A stretch of 64,000 bases of DNA from Nymphaea colorata. Lineage: Eukaryota. The position numbers and the translations under genes are program-made. The number at the start of each line of letters is the position of its first letter. Positions within the stretch are counted from its first letter, which is position 1. The DNA is taken from the NCBI RefSeq assembly GCF_008831285.2, contig NC_045138.2:30876001-30940000 (forward strand), in the 5' to 3' direction. Positions 12,839 to 24,925 of the stretch are shown here, piece by piece. Under the pieces are notes generated by a model. It was not told where the DNA came from. It saw nothing but the letters and a program-made list of their open reading frames with translations, and did no database searches.

Positions 12839-13248
12839 TACGGGTGAACACTAGTCGAGTCGAGCCTGAGTTCAGTTAGCTCGAGCTAGACTCGGCAGTT
12901 ACATGTTGACCTCGAGCTCGACTCGATTAAGGCCCGACAAACTCGTTTGAATAGAATTGATATTCATCGTTACGAGTTGAGCTCGAGCTCGGCTTGATTG
13001 AAGCTTGACAAACTCCTTTGAATATAATAGATATTCATGGTTACATGTTGATATCGAACTCGACTTGATTCAGGCTCAACAAACTCTTAAACTCGTTTCA
13101 ATATATCGATTTGATTAATGCTTGACAAACTTGATTCAGGCTCGAGCTCGACTCGACAGTTACGTGTTGAGCTGGAACTCAACTCGATTATTTGAACGAG
13201 TCGACTCGTTGAGTAAATGACTCGGCTTGAACTCGTTCACGAGCCGAG

Positions 13249-13250
<2 letters not shown>
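12839..13250. mobile_element. hAT-type MITE rich in CTCGA/GAGCTCGA subterminal repeats, right end lost at a (TA)n tract
   Basis: Starts TACGGGTGAACAC, compared with TAGGGCTGAACAC at 24565. Shares long blocks with 24565-24925 (AAACTCGTTTGAATA...ATTGATATTCATCGTTACG; GATTATTTGAACGAGTCGACTC). Confidence 0.7.
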
Positions 13251-13312
<62 letters not shown>

Positions 13313-15880
13313 GAAGGAATCACGTATCGTGTGACAGCTCGGTTGACTGGAAGAGGTAAGGTGGCCCGTATGGACGCTGAGCATGTTTCCTGTGACGCAG
13401 GCAGGGATGGCCCATGGAAAAGCTTTCTGAGGACGGTTGATCGTCGAGCAATTTTGACTCCGGCCACTGGCAAACTTGATCCTTCCGGCTTCTGATACGT
13501 CCATGCCCAGCACTCGGCCAATCAGTGTCACGAATTCTCGGGCTGACCGCGTTAATGATCTGCCGGCGGTCGCCATTACTTCTGCTCCCACCGAGTTTTC
13601 CCTTTCACCGGGAAGTTCCTGCCACTTTCCCAGTACCTAAGAATTTGCAGAGAATTCTGAGAAACTTTGGATAAGTTCTCGAAATCGGATACTGGAAGAA
13701 ATATATTAAATATGCAAGGCCGTGACTTACACTGTAACTTGGAAAAGTCTTGACCAAAGAAATGAGATTAGCTTGTAAGCGGTGGAGAGCACACTGACAT
13801 CTTTTTGCAAACTTTGGAAGATGCTTAGTCGAAGTTTCAAATTTGAAAAAATTGCAACGGTGTTTTCGAAAAAAGTATGAAGAGTTTTTAAACTTTGCCA
13901 CATTCCATGCGAGCCTTTAATGGTTTGCTCGTGGGTTAAAATACGCTTTGGAGCTTAGACTAATACCTATACAGTCTCGCATTCGTAGGAATCAGCTCCT
14001 ATTAATCGAGACGGGTAAGGACGTGGCAGATCAGTAGGCTTACGCTGGAGTCTCTTCGGGTGAGCGAGAAGTTCATACTATCACTTGAAACGAGGCTTTC
14101 CCTCCTGTCTTTGAGATCATGAGCTGGTCGATGTCAACGATAGCAACGGTGTACCCTTCAACTTAGATGTTAAAACTATAGACGTGCTTTTATGCAGGCC
14201 CTTAACCCAGCAGCTACGCTATGCCCCTTGATGCTACTTTAGAGTCCATTGATCTAGAAAAGATCAAGGGAAAAAGTTGAAGGATGTTTAGTACCAGGAC
14301 TTCGGCTCTTCAATGTTCTGTGAATCTTTTTTAAAATAGATTCATGGAATACTAACAAAGTGTTCATGCAGCCAAACCCTTTGCTTGTGTGTATCATCAT
14401 GTACTTTTAGAAAATCTAGTCTTCAACACTAGAACCATAGGGCTTAGACCTAATTAAATAAAACTTAATGAATATATACTTGAATTTGCAGGTGGATATT
14501 GACCAAATCAATGTTCTTGGAACCGAGCTAAATCAGCATATTCGAATTGAATCGATGGCAAACCGATGTAGCAGATTCAAGAGCGACACATGTCAAGTTG
14601 AAAATATTTTAAAAACATCTTCAAAATTTCTTTTTTAAATTTTTTGAATCTGTGTATTCACCAAATTAACAGCCCGTCGATTCGCTTACCCAATCAAATA
14701 TCTCAACACTGGCCCAACAATTCATAGACCAAGCAAGTTGGGGACGATAACCCAAATGAAAAATAATAATACAGCAAAGTAAGCTTAAATTTCGGTTTCC
14801 GTTGACTGTATTCTATATTATCCCTAACATAGTTTGCAAATATTGATTGATTGATTTGTTTATTTATGCGTTTTTGTTATAAATAAATTCATAATATAAT
14901 AGTGGCGTTTGTGGAGATTCAATGAAGCATGTTCCTGCATAGGATGTGAGAGAGGGGCAAACATATTCATTGTAGTGAAAGAATATCTTTAATCTAAGCA
15001 TTCAAATTGAACAATAATAAATGACATGGTCAGCAGGAATTCCGGGTTCACAAACAGGTACAACCTAGCAGTCCATGAGAATACTTTTATTTTATGGTTC
15101 AGATTTTCAGCAAAGTTGGTCCCGAGATATTTTATTCTTTCTCTCCTCTCCCCTTCACAAACTTTTATTTGAAAACAAAAAAAAATGGAGATTCTTTGGG
15201 ACTCGGGCACCTGTTTGTGCCATGTGTTCAAACATAGGGTTCTGGAATCACATTTTCTCGTTTCTCAGAATCCGGGGGAACAACTGTCCTTCCTCCTCTT
15301 TCTAGGGTCTTCACATTTCTCATGCTAATTAATTTCACACAAGTACGATTTCTTTATGTTCTCCACTCTGCACATTCATGCACGCTATATATATATATAT
15401 ATATATATATAAGAAAGAAAATTGAATGGTGATTTAAATTTTTCATAATTACCAGACTATCTAACGAAGACTGTTTGATTCAATATAATGAACGATAAAA
15501 GAAAAACAATGACAAAAAGGTGATGAAATTAATCATGTTAATGAAAATACTGTTTTCAATGTTAAATTCATTTAATTATTTGAAATTGCTTGTCTCATCA
15601 ACATCCAATTGAAATGTGCAGCCTAAATCTGGCCCACTTCCATACAGGCGCGGCTGAATTTGACTCCAACTTAACTTTGGTGATAAAATAACTTAAAGAG
15701 GTCTAATCAAAATTCATATAAAATACATAATCAGATTACTATGGGGAGTCAGCTACCTTTAACAAAACTTAATACCAAATAAGCGCTCCAACCAAGGTTT
15801 TCATATATATATATATATCTTTGACAAGTGTTGATTTGGGTTGAAGGTGGCTATTGAAGGCTAATGTAGACAGGTCATGG

Positions 15881-15979
<99 letters not shown>

Positions 15980-18534
15980 GTTGCATAGGGGTTTACATTA
16001 TGAAGAGCATATTTTATATTCTGAAGGTTAATCTTAGATATGGGAAATGTAGGTTTAGGGGATTGTGCACGAGAGGGGGAGTTGGCAGCCGTGGTTTTCC
16101 TTGATCTTGTTTGGAAAAAGAAAGAAATAATGAAGGATTCCCTCGTAGGAATCATGCCAACTCTCCCTACGCCCCAAAAAACTATCATTCTTTGATTATT
16201 AATATATCATTTGCATGTTTTCCCTCTCAATCCGATGCATTATTCAATCCCCAACTTGGGGACCTTCGATCAGGAATTTTCTTTTGGAAGATGAATAAAA
16301 AAGTTTTTCTCCTTTGAAAATTTCTTGGTGTTTGCGTCGACGTAAGATCCATTATTTTATTGTCGCAGTCCATGTTTACGCAGACTCATTGCATGTCGTA
16401 CCTTATTAGTATAATAATAAGATTTTTTTCTTCACAATCGTCCTCCGGATATTAACTATTTTCAGAAAAACTCCTTCATCTCCCCGTTTTTGAAAATTAT
16501 TTTTTACCCACTAGACCTTACTTAGATTCGTTCGTTCTTATATATGTTCAAACTGAACTGGTTCGCAAGCAGTTAGTTTCTATTTCAAATATCAAGACAT
16601 CAAATCTCCATGTCGCAAAAAAAGGACTAAGCATGTACAAGTTGAAACACGGTGACGGTGATACCCGATACACCGAAAACATGAGAAAAAAGTATATACC
16701 ATGTTGAATATATTTTGGTTTTCAAATTGACAATCTAAATCTAATATGAATCTGACTTCTATTTAAACATCTAAATGCGAGTCTGACTTTTAAATATACA
16801 ATTGAATCCTAATTGCATTATGATTTTTTAACTAAATTCCAAAATGTGCAGGTATTCTATGTAGGATATTTATTGAAGGTAAAATATTAATTTGAATCCA
16901 AAGGAATATTTACTTAAAACTCTCTCTCTCTCTCTCTCTCACAAATTGCATTTTTTAAAAATAAACATTCCTGGCTTTCCAGTTTTACTTAAATTTACCA
17001 GTTCCCATAAATGGCCAACATAAGGGATGAATTCAACATGGTGAAGAAAAGCAAAGCCTAGTTTGTAAAAAGGAAAAAAATGAGGCAGCATTGAAAAGAT
17101 TGATGTGAAATTTAGCTAATATGGGGAGGCCTATTATGAAAAACCATAAAGCAACAACCGAAAGCTAGCTATCATCAGCCTTTCACATTTCCACTTAAAA
17201 TTTTTCTTTTTCATTGTTGAATTTATGTTTCCAAAATCCAATCTACGCCAAAATCTACTTAGAAAGTACACTCTAGTGAAATCTCAATATAGAGAAACTG
17301 GAAGACCTGAACCCAAAACCAGAACCAAGTCCAAAATCCATCAAGGATCTGAATTCTAATGCAAATACATGGCCCATGAATCTATTATAGTTCAAGGAGA
17401 TCAGATTCGGGCCCAAACCCAAAATTATCAAGTCCAACCCGGTGAAGCAACCCCACAGGGACCCAAACCGATTCACCTGGACCAGATCCAAATCTGACCC
17501 GTTTATGTCCCTGTAGGAGAGATTTCTATCCTAATCACAATGATAGTGAACTGTGTCAATTTAAGGGAAAAGGCATGGGGAAACTGGCACAATAAGTAAC
17601 TATCACACAAATACACACACACACACATACTCATGCCTGCACACACACACACATACAAAGAGATAAAAGGAGATAGAGAGAGAGAGAGAGCCAAGAGTGT
17701 GGTCATCAGTCCACCCATAGTCCTCATCCCCAAGTAACGCCCATCACCATTTCTGAGCCACAAAAACATCATCATCCGGATCTGCTGCTTTACCTTCCCA
17801 CGTTTAACATGAAGCTTGTTTTGTTTTGTTTTAGAAGGAAGATAACTGATATATGGACATACATTTTTTCCGGCGAGCGAGAAGATTATACTCCGGCCAA
17901 CCCCGTTCCCCTTTCACGCCTTCAAGGTTCAGAACTGCGTTAATGTATCTTCATTTTGGTACCGCGCCCACGAGAATCAAACTGGTGATGTGTGTTCTCG
18001 GATTGACCAACCCAAACAGAAATGCTATGCTACCCTATGTTGGTTGGTAGGTTTAGAGCAATTGATATTTTGGAAAGCAAGGATTATGTTTTCAAAATAT
18101 AACTTATATAGACATTGGTTGGTCATTTATTACCAAAAGTGAAATTAGCTTTTGTGCTGGCATGCGGTCATATCTTAGGCGTGCATGGGCCATGTGATGG
18201 GGATGCCATCCATATCATGCCTGGTGAGGTCATCATCTCTTGCCCTAACAATGACATATGGGGAGGGAGAGTGGGAGCTTTCTTTTTTTAATCAATCACA
18301 AGTGACGTCGTACCCTCCTTAGGGAGAGAGAGTGACTGCTAGCTTCACCACCTTCAACCTTCTCCCCCTTCCTTCTCACCTCCTTGTGCAGGCTGCCTTC
18401 TGAGTGGGTGGGAGAGAGACCCTTCTGATGTTCCTTTGCCTTTCGCAGATTCTACTTTTGGAATCAGAGGAAAGTTCTGCTTTTTCCTGGTTAATTTACT
18501 TTGCCTTTTCCTTTCTCCCTTTTTCTGGGCGGAA

Positions 18535-20181
18535 ATGGAGCAGTATGACTCCAACAGCAGCTCATCGTCTTCCTCAGCGATAACCTTCCAGCCTTCCAAA
18601 GATTTTCCGGCTAAGATGGCAGCGTCGTCGCCGCCGGAGATCGACGGCCTTCTCGCCGACGCTGGGTACTTGGTCAAGTCATCGGATTTGGTCCACGTCG
18701 CGCACCGCCTGGAGCAGCTCGAGAACGTCATGGTTGCTGCCCAGCCGCCCGTAATCTCCCACCTTGCCTACGACGCCGTCCATTACAACCCGTCCGACCT
18801 CGCCGGATGGGTCGAATCCATGATAGGCGAGCTCGGGCCCTCGGCATTGCCTGAGTTTCTGGTCGAAGACTTCCCGACGATCGACTTCCCCGGCAACTAC
18901 CAGATGCCGGTGGCCGGGTTCCAAATGCAGACCACAGCCGCGGCCGGCGAGGAAGAAAGCCTGGTTCCAGCTCATGACAACGGCGGTGTCAGGCCGGATT
19001 TCACCGGCACGACGGTCGAGGAAGATTCCGGCATCCGATTAGTGCACCTGCTCATGTCCTGCGCCGAGGCGGTCCAACGTGGGGACACCCAATTGGCTGC
19101 CATCTTGATTCAGGAGATGAGGATACTCCTGAGCCGGAGCAGCACCGGCGGAATTGGGAAGGTCGCCGGATGCTTCATCGACGCGTTGAGCCGGCGGCTG
19201 GGCTACGGCCCGACTCAAGCAGTCTGCGCCGAGTCTGCTCTAGAAAACGAGATTCTCTACCACAACTTCTACGAGGCGTGCCCTTACCTCAAGTTCGCGC
19301 ACTTCACCGCCAACCAAGCGATCCTGGAGGCATTCAACGGCCACGATCAAGTCCACGTCGTGGACTTCAGCCTGATGCACGGCCTGCAATGGCCGGCCCT
19401 GATCCAAGCCCTGGCCCTCCGGGTGGGAGGGCCGCCGCTCCTCCGGTTGACGGGCATCGGACCACCGTCGCCGGACGGTCGCGACGCGCTCCGCGAGATC
19501 GGCTTGAAGCTGGCCGAGCTAGCCAAGTCCGTGAATGTCCGGTTCTCCTTCCGCGGCGTGGCGGCCGAGCGGCTCGACGACGTGAAGCCGTGGATGCTGC
19601 AGGTCGACCCCAAGGAAGCGCTGGCCGTCAACTCCATCATGCAGATGCATCGGCTGCTGTACTCCGACCCCGGCCGCGGCTCCCCCATCGACTCCGTCCT
19701 CAAGTGGCTCAAAGGGCTGAAGCCGAAGATCATGACGGTGGTGGAGCACGAAGCCAACCACAACCAGGCGAGCTTCATGGACCGCTTCACCGAGGCGCTG
19801 TACTACTACTCCACCATGTTCGACTCGCTCGACAGCTGCACCCTGATGCCGGAAAAGTCGGTCGCCGAGATCTACCTGCAGCGGGAGATATGCAACGTGG
19901 TGTGCTGCGAGGGGCCGGCTCGGGTCGAGAGGCACGAGACGCTGGCTCAGTGGAGGACGCGTCTGGAAGGAGCAGGGTTCAAGCCGCTGCACCTCGGCTC
20001 CAACGCGTTCAAGCAGGCGAGCATGCTGCTCACGCTCTTCTCCGCCAACGGCTACTGCGTCGAGGAGAACAACGGCTGCCTGACGCTCGGCTGGCACAGC
20101 CGGCCGTTGATAGCGGCTTCCGCTTGGCAGGCCGCCGACTCCGATTGCCCCGACGGCCACGCCGTCGAGAACATGCTGTAA
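18535..20181 (+). CDS. DELLA-subfamily GRAS transcriptional regulator, DGLLA variant (548 aa)
   Basis: The first in-frame ATG is at 18535; the listed ORF opens at a TTG at 18436. N-terminal IDGLLADAGYLV, LEQLE and AVHYNPSDL correspond to the DELLA, LExLE and TVHYNP motifs. The GRAS domain is complete: LHRI, CPYLKFAHFTANQAILEAF, VHVVD (VHIID), QWPAL, RFTEALYYY, RVERHET and the terminal SAW. Confidence 0.95.
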   Translation: MEQYDSNSSSSSSSAITFQPSKDFPAKMAASSPPEIDGLLADAGYLVKSSDLVHVAHRLEQLENVMVAAQPPVISHLAYDAVHYNPSDLAGWVESMIGELGPSALPEFLVEDFPTIDFPGNYQMPVAGFQMQTTAAAGEEESLVPAHDNGGVRPDFTGTTVEEDSGIRLVHLLMSCAEAVQRGDTQLAAILIQEMRILLSRSSTGGIGKVAGCFIDALSRRLGYGPTQAVCAESALENEILYHNFYEACPYLKFAHFTANQAILEAFNGHDQVHVVDFSLMHGLQWPALIQALALRVGGPPLLRLTGIGPPSPDGRDALREIGLKLAELAKSVNVRFSFRGVAAERLDDVKPWMLQVDPKEALAVNSIMQMHRLLYSDPGRGSPIDSVLKWLKGLKPKIMTVVEHEANHNQASFMDRFTEALYYYSTMFDSLDSCTLMPEKSVAEIYLQREICNVVCCEGPARVERHETLAQWRTRLEGAGFKPLHLGSNAFKQASMLLTLFSANGYCVEENNGCLTLGWHSRPLIAASAWQAADSDCPDGHAVENML

Positions 20182-20559
20182 TTATTTTCCTCCTCTTTTG
20201 CCCAAAAAACGAAAATCGAAAAAAAAAAAAAAAAGATGTGGGGCTTTTTTTCCTTTCTCCCCAAAGTGATAGAATAAATGGAATTATTTTCCCGGTACAC
20301 TTTTCCCCTCCTAATTTTTCGCAGTAAAAAGAGCCGTTGGATCTTCGAGATGGACGGTGGCTACGGAGGGAAGGGGGGAGGCAGGTCACATCACCACGGG
20401 CCGGTGGTCACGCCTCGCGTTGTACCTTTCCATGTTTTGGTCGCTGGAAGGACTCTGGGGCTCGTTCGGAGCGGGTCGTACCCGGGTCCTATGATCTAAT
20501 AACTCATCTCCCGAGACCGTCTATGCGGTCGCACTCAATCACATGGTCGCGTTTTCCTC

Positions 20560-21186
20560 GTGGGGCCCGCGTCGCCCGGGCTCCACAAAATACCGCCATG
20601 TGATTGGCGGGCGGCCATTTTGAATCCCTTGCCGAAAGCTACGGCGAAGAGGATCGTATCGGCATATCCGTCCAATCCGGACACGTGCACATACGTACCC
20701 ACGAAAAATTAATAATCATATATTTAATTTTTTTCAGAATTAATTTAATTTTAAATGGTGAAGCTCGTCTTGGCTTTTGAATGCCGATGTCTTTTGTTTG
20801 AGAAAAAAAAAGGGAAAAAAAAAATATCCATAGAGTCATAAACCGGAATCCCTGTCATGAGAAATTTGTATTTGACCGTGGTGAGATCTGAGCCGTTGAT
20901 CTCGACAAACGGAGGCAGATCTAAGAACTGCTGCACGTGATAGTGGAGTACCGTTGTGTAGGGGTGGGGCCCGTGGAAAAATGTGAAGGGTCTAGAACTG
21001 GTGGGGCCCGCGATCCTTTTGGGAGAGGGCCCCACCTGGATACCGCATACCGGACTTGACGGGAGGGTGGGGTTTGGTAGGACCACCAATCACATGGCTG
21101 TCGATTTTGAGAATTAAAGATCCTCCGCCTCTCGGATTGGCCCAGAAGCGTCCCTTCGCGGACGGCAAGGGTGGGCAATTGCCCAC
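20560..21186. promoter_or_regulatory. Putative 3' cis-regulatory module with four class-I TCP-type sites and G-boxes
   Basis: GTGGGGCCC at 20560, 20964 and 21001, plus its reverse complement at 21027, all match GGNCCCAC. CACGTG at ~20682 and ~20934. Perfect palindrome GTGGGCAATTGCCCAC at 21171-21186. The DNA is CpG-rich and non-coding. Function is inferred only. Confidence 0.4.
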
Positions 21187-21445
21187 ACATAGTGTTCAAA
21201 GTTGCCAAGCTCTATTTCTCATGGAATGAGATCTATAGTTCTTAAGGGATCCTGGCCGTCCAAACAAGGAAAAATCTAAAAATATAGACCGGTGGTACTT
21301 GATGTATCTAAATTTAATATTATGATACATGGCATTATGAACCACTGGCCTAGCTGTTTGACATTATGAAAAATTGTTGGATACCGAAAATGCACAATTT
21401 GAAATATTTTTCCAAGTAAATATTTGGAACTACCGCTTTTACATA

Positions 21446-21735
21446 AATAGTACAATGTGTACATATATTCTTCATATACATAATCTTTTATGTACATATA
21501 AGATCATAAATAGTACAAAATGTACAACTTTAATTAGAAGAGCAATATTCTTAGTTTATCAGCTCACGTGTATAATCTTCTATGTACATTTACAATCAAG
21601 AACAGTATAATATGTACATATATTCTTCATATGCATAATCTTATATGTACATATAAGATCATAAATAGTAAAACACGTACAACTTTAATTAGAAGATCAA
21701 TATTCTTAGTTTATCAGCTCATATGTATAATAATC
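21446..21735. repeat. AT-rich tandem duplication, period ~155 bp
   Basis: ACATATATTCTTCATA...TATGTACATATAAGATCATAAATAGTA...GTACAACTTTAATTAGAAGA.CAATATTCTTAGTTTATCAGCTCA occurs at 21461 and at 21616. Confidence 0.85.
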
Positions 21736-22458
21736 TTATAATCTCATTTATACATTTGAGCCACCTTTTTATTATTAACTTTCTCTATATTTTTGAGTCT
21801 GGTAATTGAAATTTAAGCTCCAAACTATTTTTTATGAACAAGCACTCTTTAATTGCGGAGTTTGCAAGTCTGTGGACGAATATCCTTCTTTCCTATTTGA
21901 TTCACAAGCCAGCATAGATGAAGCACTTTGAATGTTTGATAATATGGATCAGGGAACAGAGATTGCCTTAGTTTTTATACAATACGAATCTATGCAAGAT
22001 ATCGACCTGGACATGCTTGGTTTCCATTATATTGGTAGTTGGAGATTTAGATTTGATGCTGAAGTAATGGCAAAAATATATCTGCGGCCTTTCATGATCC
22101 TAAATAATTGGATGGAAGACCTCCTGTTCGGGCTGGTTGAGGATATATACGAGCCAGATCACGCTCAACTCATCTTGGTACAAACCAAGAGCCGGGTTCG
22201 AGCCGCCGAGTCGGGTTCGAGCCAACCCCAGCCAGGTTATTGAGGCTTTGCTGATACATTGAACCCGTTCACCAGCTTTACTCACCAACCAATTATTTGC
22301 TGCAGGATATGGTTCTCCTCCTGCAACAACTGAACTAGCCTCCTGTTCATGTTGGCAAGATCCTGCAATAAGGGCCGGCTGATTAAGATGTTTTGGACCC
22401 GTCACTTTCATCGCATCTTTCCTATTAAATTTCTTCCACCATCATTAAATTTCTTCCA

Positions 22459-22533
<75 letters not shown>

Positions 22534-23026
22534 CAACATTGTTGGATGGATAAAAAAGAAAAAAAAAACTGTTGTTAATTGAAAATAGTAGCCACATGAG
22601 TCTATGGAACAACAACAGTTCATGGTACTTCTAGTAAAAATTTATAGTGCTTTTACTAATAGATTTTTCATTTAACCATTCAGCAACGTCCGACGCCCTG
22701 CAGAACTATTTATACACATACACACACTATCATGCCTCCTACTTAAAACTTGTCTCTTGGAAAACTTGTCTCTTGGGTATGGTGAGCTTTTAAACCATCT
22801 AGCTGTTGATCTTTCTCACAAATCCAACCAGAAATATGAACTCCTAAACCTATAAAATCCAGAAAAGAATTATGTCACCAGGTATAAAAATCAGAATTTA
22901 TAACATTATGAAAATGAATGGTTTAGTATTCTTGGCTCATAGACCACCACTACAAAGTAAAAAACACTATAAATCATTCTTGTGTGTGTGTCCAATGAGT
23001 AGCTCCTCCACGGGATTGTGTGTATA

Positions 23027-23400
23027 TGTAACACCCCAGAAGTTTAGTCGGCTTATAAAGGGAGTCCATTAATTAGATGATTGTCCTGGTTCTTAATCTT
23101 TTTAAGATTGAAACCGAAACTGCTAGGGGGCGGGTTGGGATCCGTCGAACTAGGGGCCCGAGCCTGGAAGTGGGTCGGTTTCAACATTCGAACCTGGGGT
23201 CCCACACGTGCGGACGCGTGTGCCTTAAGGGGGGTGGATTGTAACACCCCATAAATTTAGTGGGCTTATAAAGGGAGTCCATTAATGAGATGATTGTCCT
23301 GGTTCCTAACCTTTTTAGGATTGAAACCAAAACTGCTAGAGAACGAGTTGAGATCCGAGGAACCAGGGGTCCAAGCCCGGAAGTGGGTCGGGTTATTATA
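23027..23400 (+). mobile_element. TRIM (terminal-repeat retrotransposon in miniature) lacking a PBS
   Basis: Two ~150-161-bp direct repeats start TGTAACACCCC (23027 and 23240). The ~60-bp internal region ends in the polypurine tract AAGGGGGGTGGA directly before the 3' repeat. 5-bp TSD GTATA at 23022-23026 and 23401-23405. No TGGTATCA PBS and no 5S-like (Cassandra) segment. Confidence 0.85.
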
Positions 23401-24564
23401 GTATATGTGTGCATATGGCAACCATTGGAATAATGTTTACTATGTTTTTGCATGAATGTGGCTCTTTCAAGAAAGAAAGGGAAGGAAAATTGAAAAAATC
23501 AATCGAAGGTGCTTGCTATTCTAGAACAGTATCATGCTTGGACATACCTTACAATATGATACCAACGGAGATGCTGGTAGATTATTAAAGTTCTCCACTT
23601 TTTTCGATTGAAGATCTCAAAGTACTCTAGATGAATCTAGCTAGCGAAATATTGTATCCGCCTTTGCCTCGGCTGGTTTCACCCGATAGTGTGCAGACAA
23701 TGTTGAATTTTGTGTCAAACGTAGGGAAAAGCCGCCTAGCAGCTGTCCACTTCGCTGTTTCCATAAACTTTTTGGCTTCCTTCTCCTATGGTATTACTTT
23801 TCTTCAATGATTATTCCATATGCCTGAGGGATGTAGTATTGTTGGTAGGCCGCTGGTTACTGGTTCGAGTGGCATGAGTGCTTTTCAATTGAGCCGCAAA
23901 AAAAAAAGAAAATGATGCTGCTCGAAACCCTAAGGATGGGAAAGGGGGCTTTGGATCTTATCTTGTATAGTACGATGAAATACTCATCCTACTCACCCAA
24001 CAAATCTTCCTTAAATTAAAAATTTTGAAAGCTTATGTATATGTCTTCTCCTACCGTGTGAGCTAATGGTTTCTTGTTAACCATTATAAGTGAAGTAAAT
24101 GAAGATGCATTTGCTGAAATTGTTTTGAGCTTCTTGATATAACTTTTTGCATTAGAAACTTGGAAGAATGGCTCCACATTTGGAAGGGATTTGATTTATT
24201 GAGGACCCAAAACAATTGATTGAGTAACTTTTGCTGCTTCAATGATCATGCATCTGTCACACCAACAAGAACTAATTGCAACTTAGAAAAGAAGGAAAAT
24301 AAAAAGTTGCTTTGGTGTTCATGCATCTGTCACACCCAAAACAATTGATTGCAACTCTAAAAAGAAAGAAACTACAAAATTTTACAAAAGCACGTTCGAG
24401 TTTGAATGAAAATAGCAAAACATGTTTAAGTTTTGATTTCTTTCATTTAACCACCTACATTGTATTGGAAACGTGTACAAATTAAGTTTTTTTAAAAAAG
24501 GACACCTAAACGTGGTATTGTTGTATGAAAACTCGACGTGTCACCGTAGAATTACAATGACAAC

Positions 24565-24925
24565 TAGGGCTGAACACGAGCAGAGTCAAACCAAGTTCAG
24601 TCAGCTCGAGCCCGAGCTCAACTCGATTAAAACTCGACAAACTCGTTTGAATATAATTGATATTCATCGTTACGTGTTGAGCTTGAACTCAACTCGATTA
24701 AGGCTCGACAAACTCGTAATTCAAACTCGTTTGAATATATCGACTTGATTAAGGTTCGACAAACTCGATTAAGGCTCGAGCTTGGCTCTGCAGTTAAGTA
24801 TTGAGTTCGAACTCAACTTGATTATTTGAACGAGTCGACTCATGAACTTGAGCTTGAGTTATTAAGCAAATGACTCGGCTCGAACTCGTACACGAGCCGA
24901 GAGTTCGACTCGTTATTTATCCCTA
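24565..24925. mobile_element. hAT-type MITE with 8-bp TSD
   Basis: Ends TAGGGCTGAAC...TTTATCCCTA. Flanks are ATGACAAC and ATGGCAAC (7/8 match). Internal CTCGA repeats. Confidence 0.8.

Noticed and set aside
18436..18534. 33-residue hydrophobic N-terminal extension of the DELLA ORF (looks like a signal peptide)
   Set aside because: It starts at TTG and is simply the translation of a pyrimidine-rich leader. The first in-frame ATG is 18535.
19170..20327. 385-aa alternative-frame ORF and several antisense ORFs overlapping the DELLA CDS
   Set aside because: The very high GC at third codon positions of the DELLA gene depletes stops in other frames. The products are Arg/Pro/Ala-rich with no recognisable domain.
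23027..23400. TRIM as a Cassandra element
   Set aside because: The LTRs contain no 5S rRNA-like A/C-box segment.
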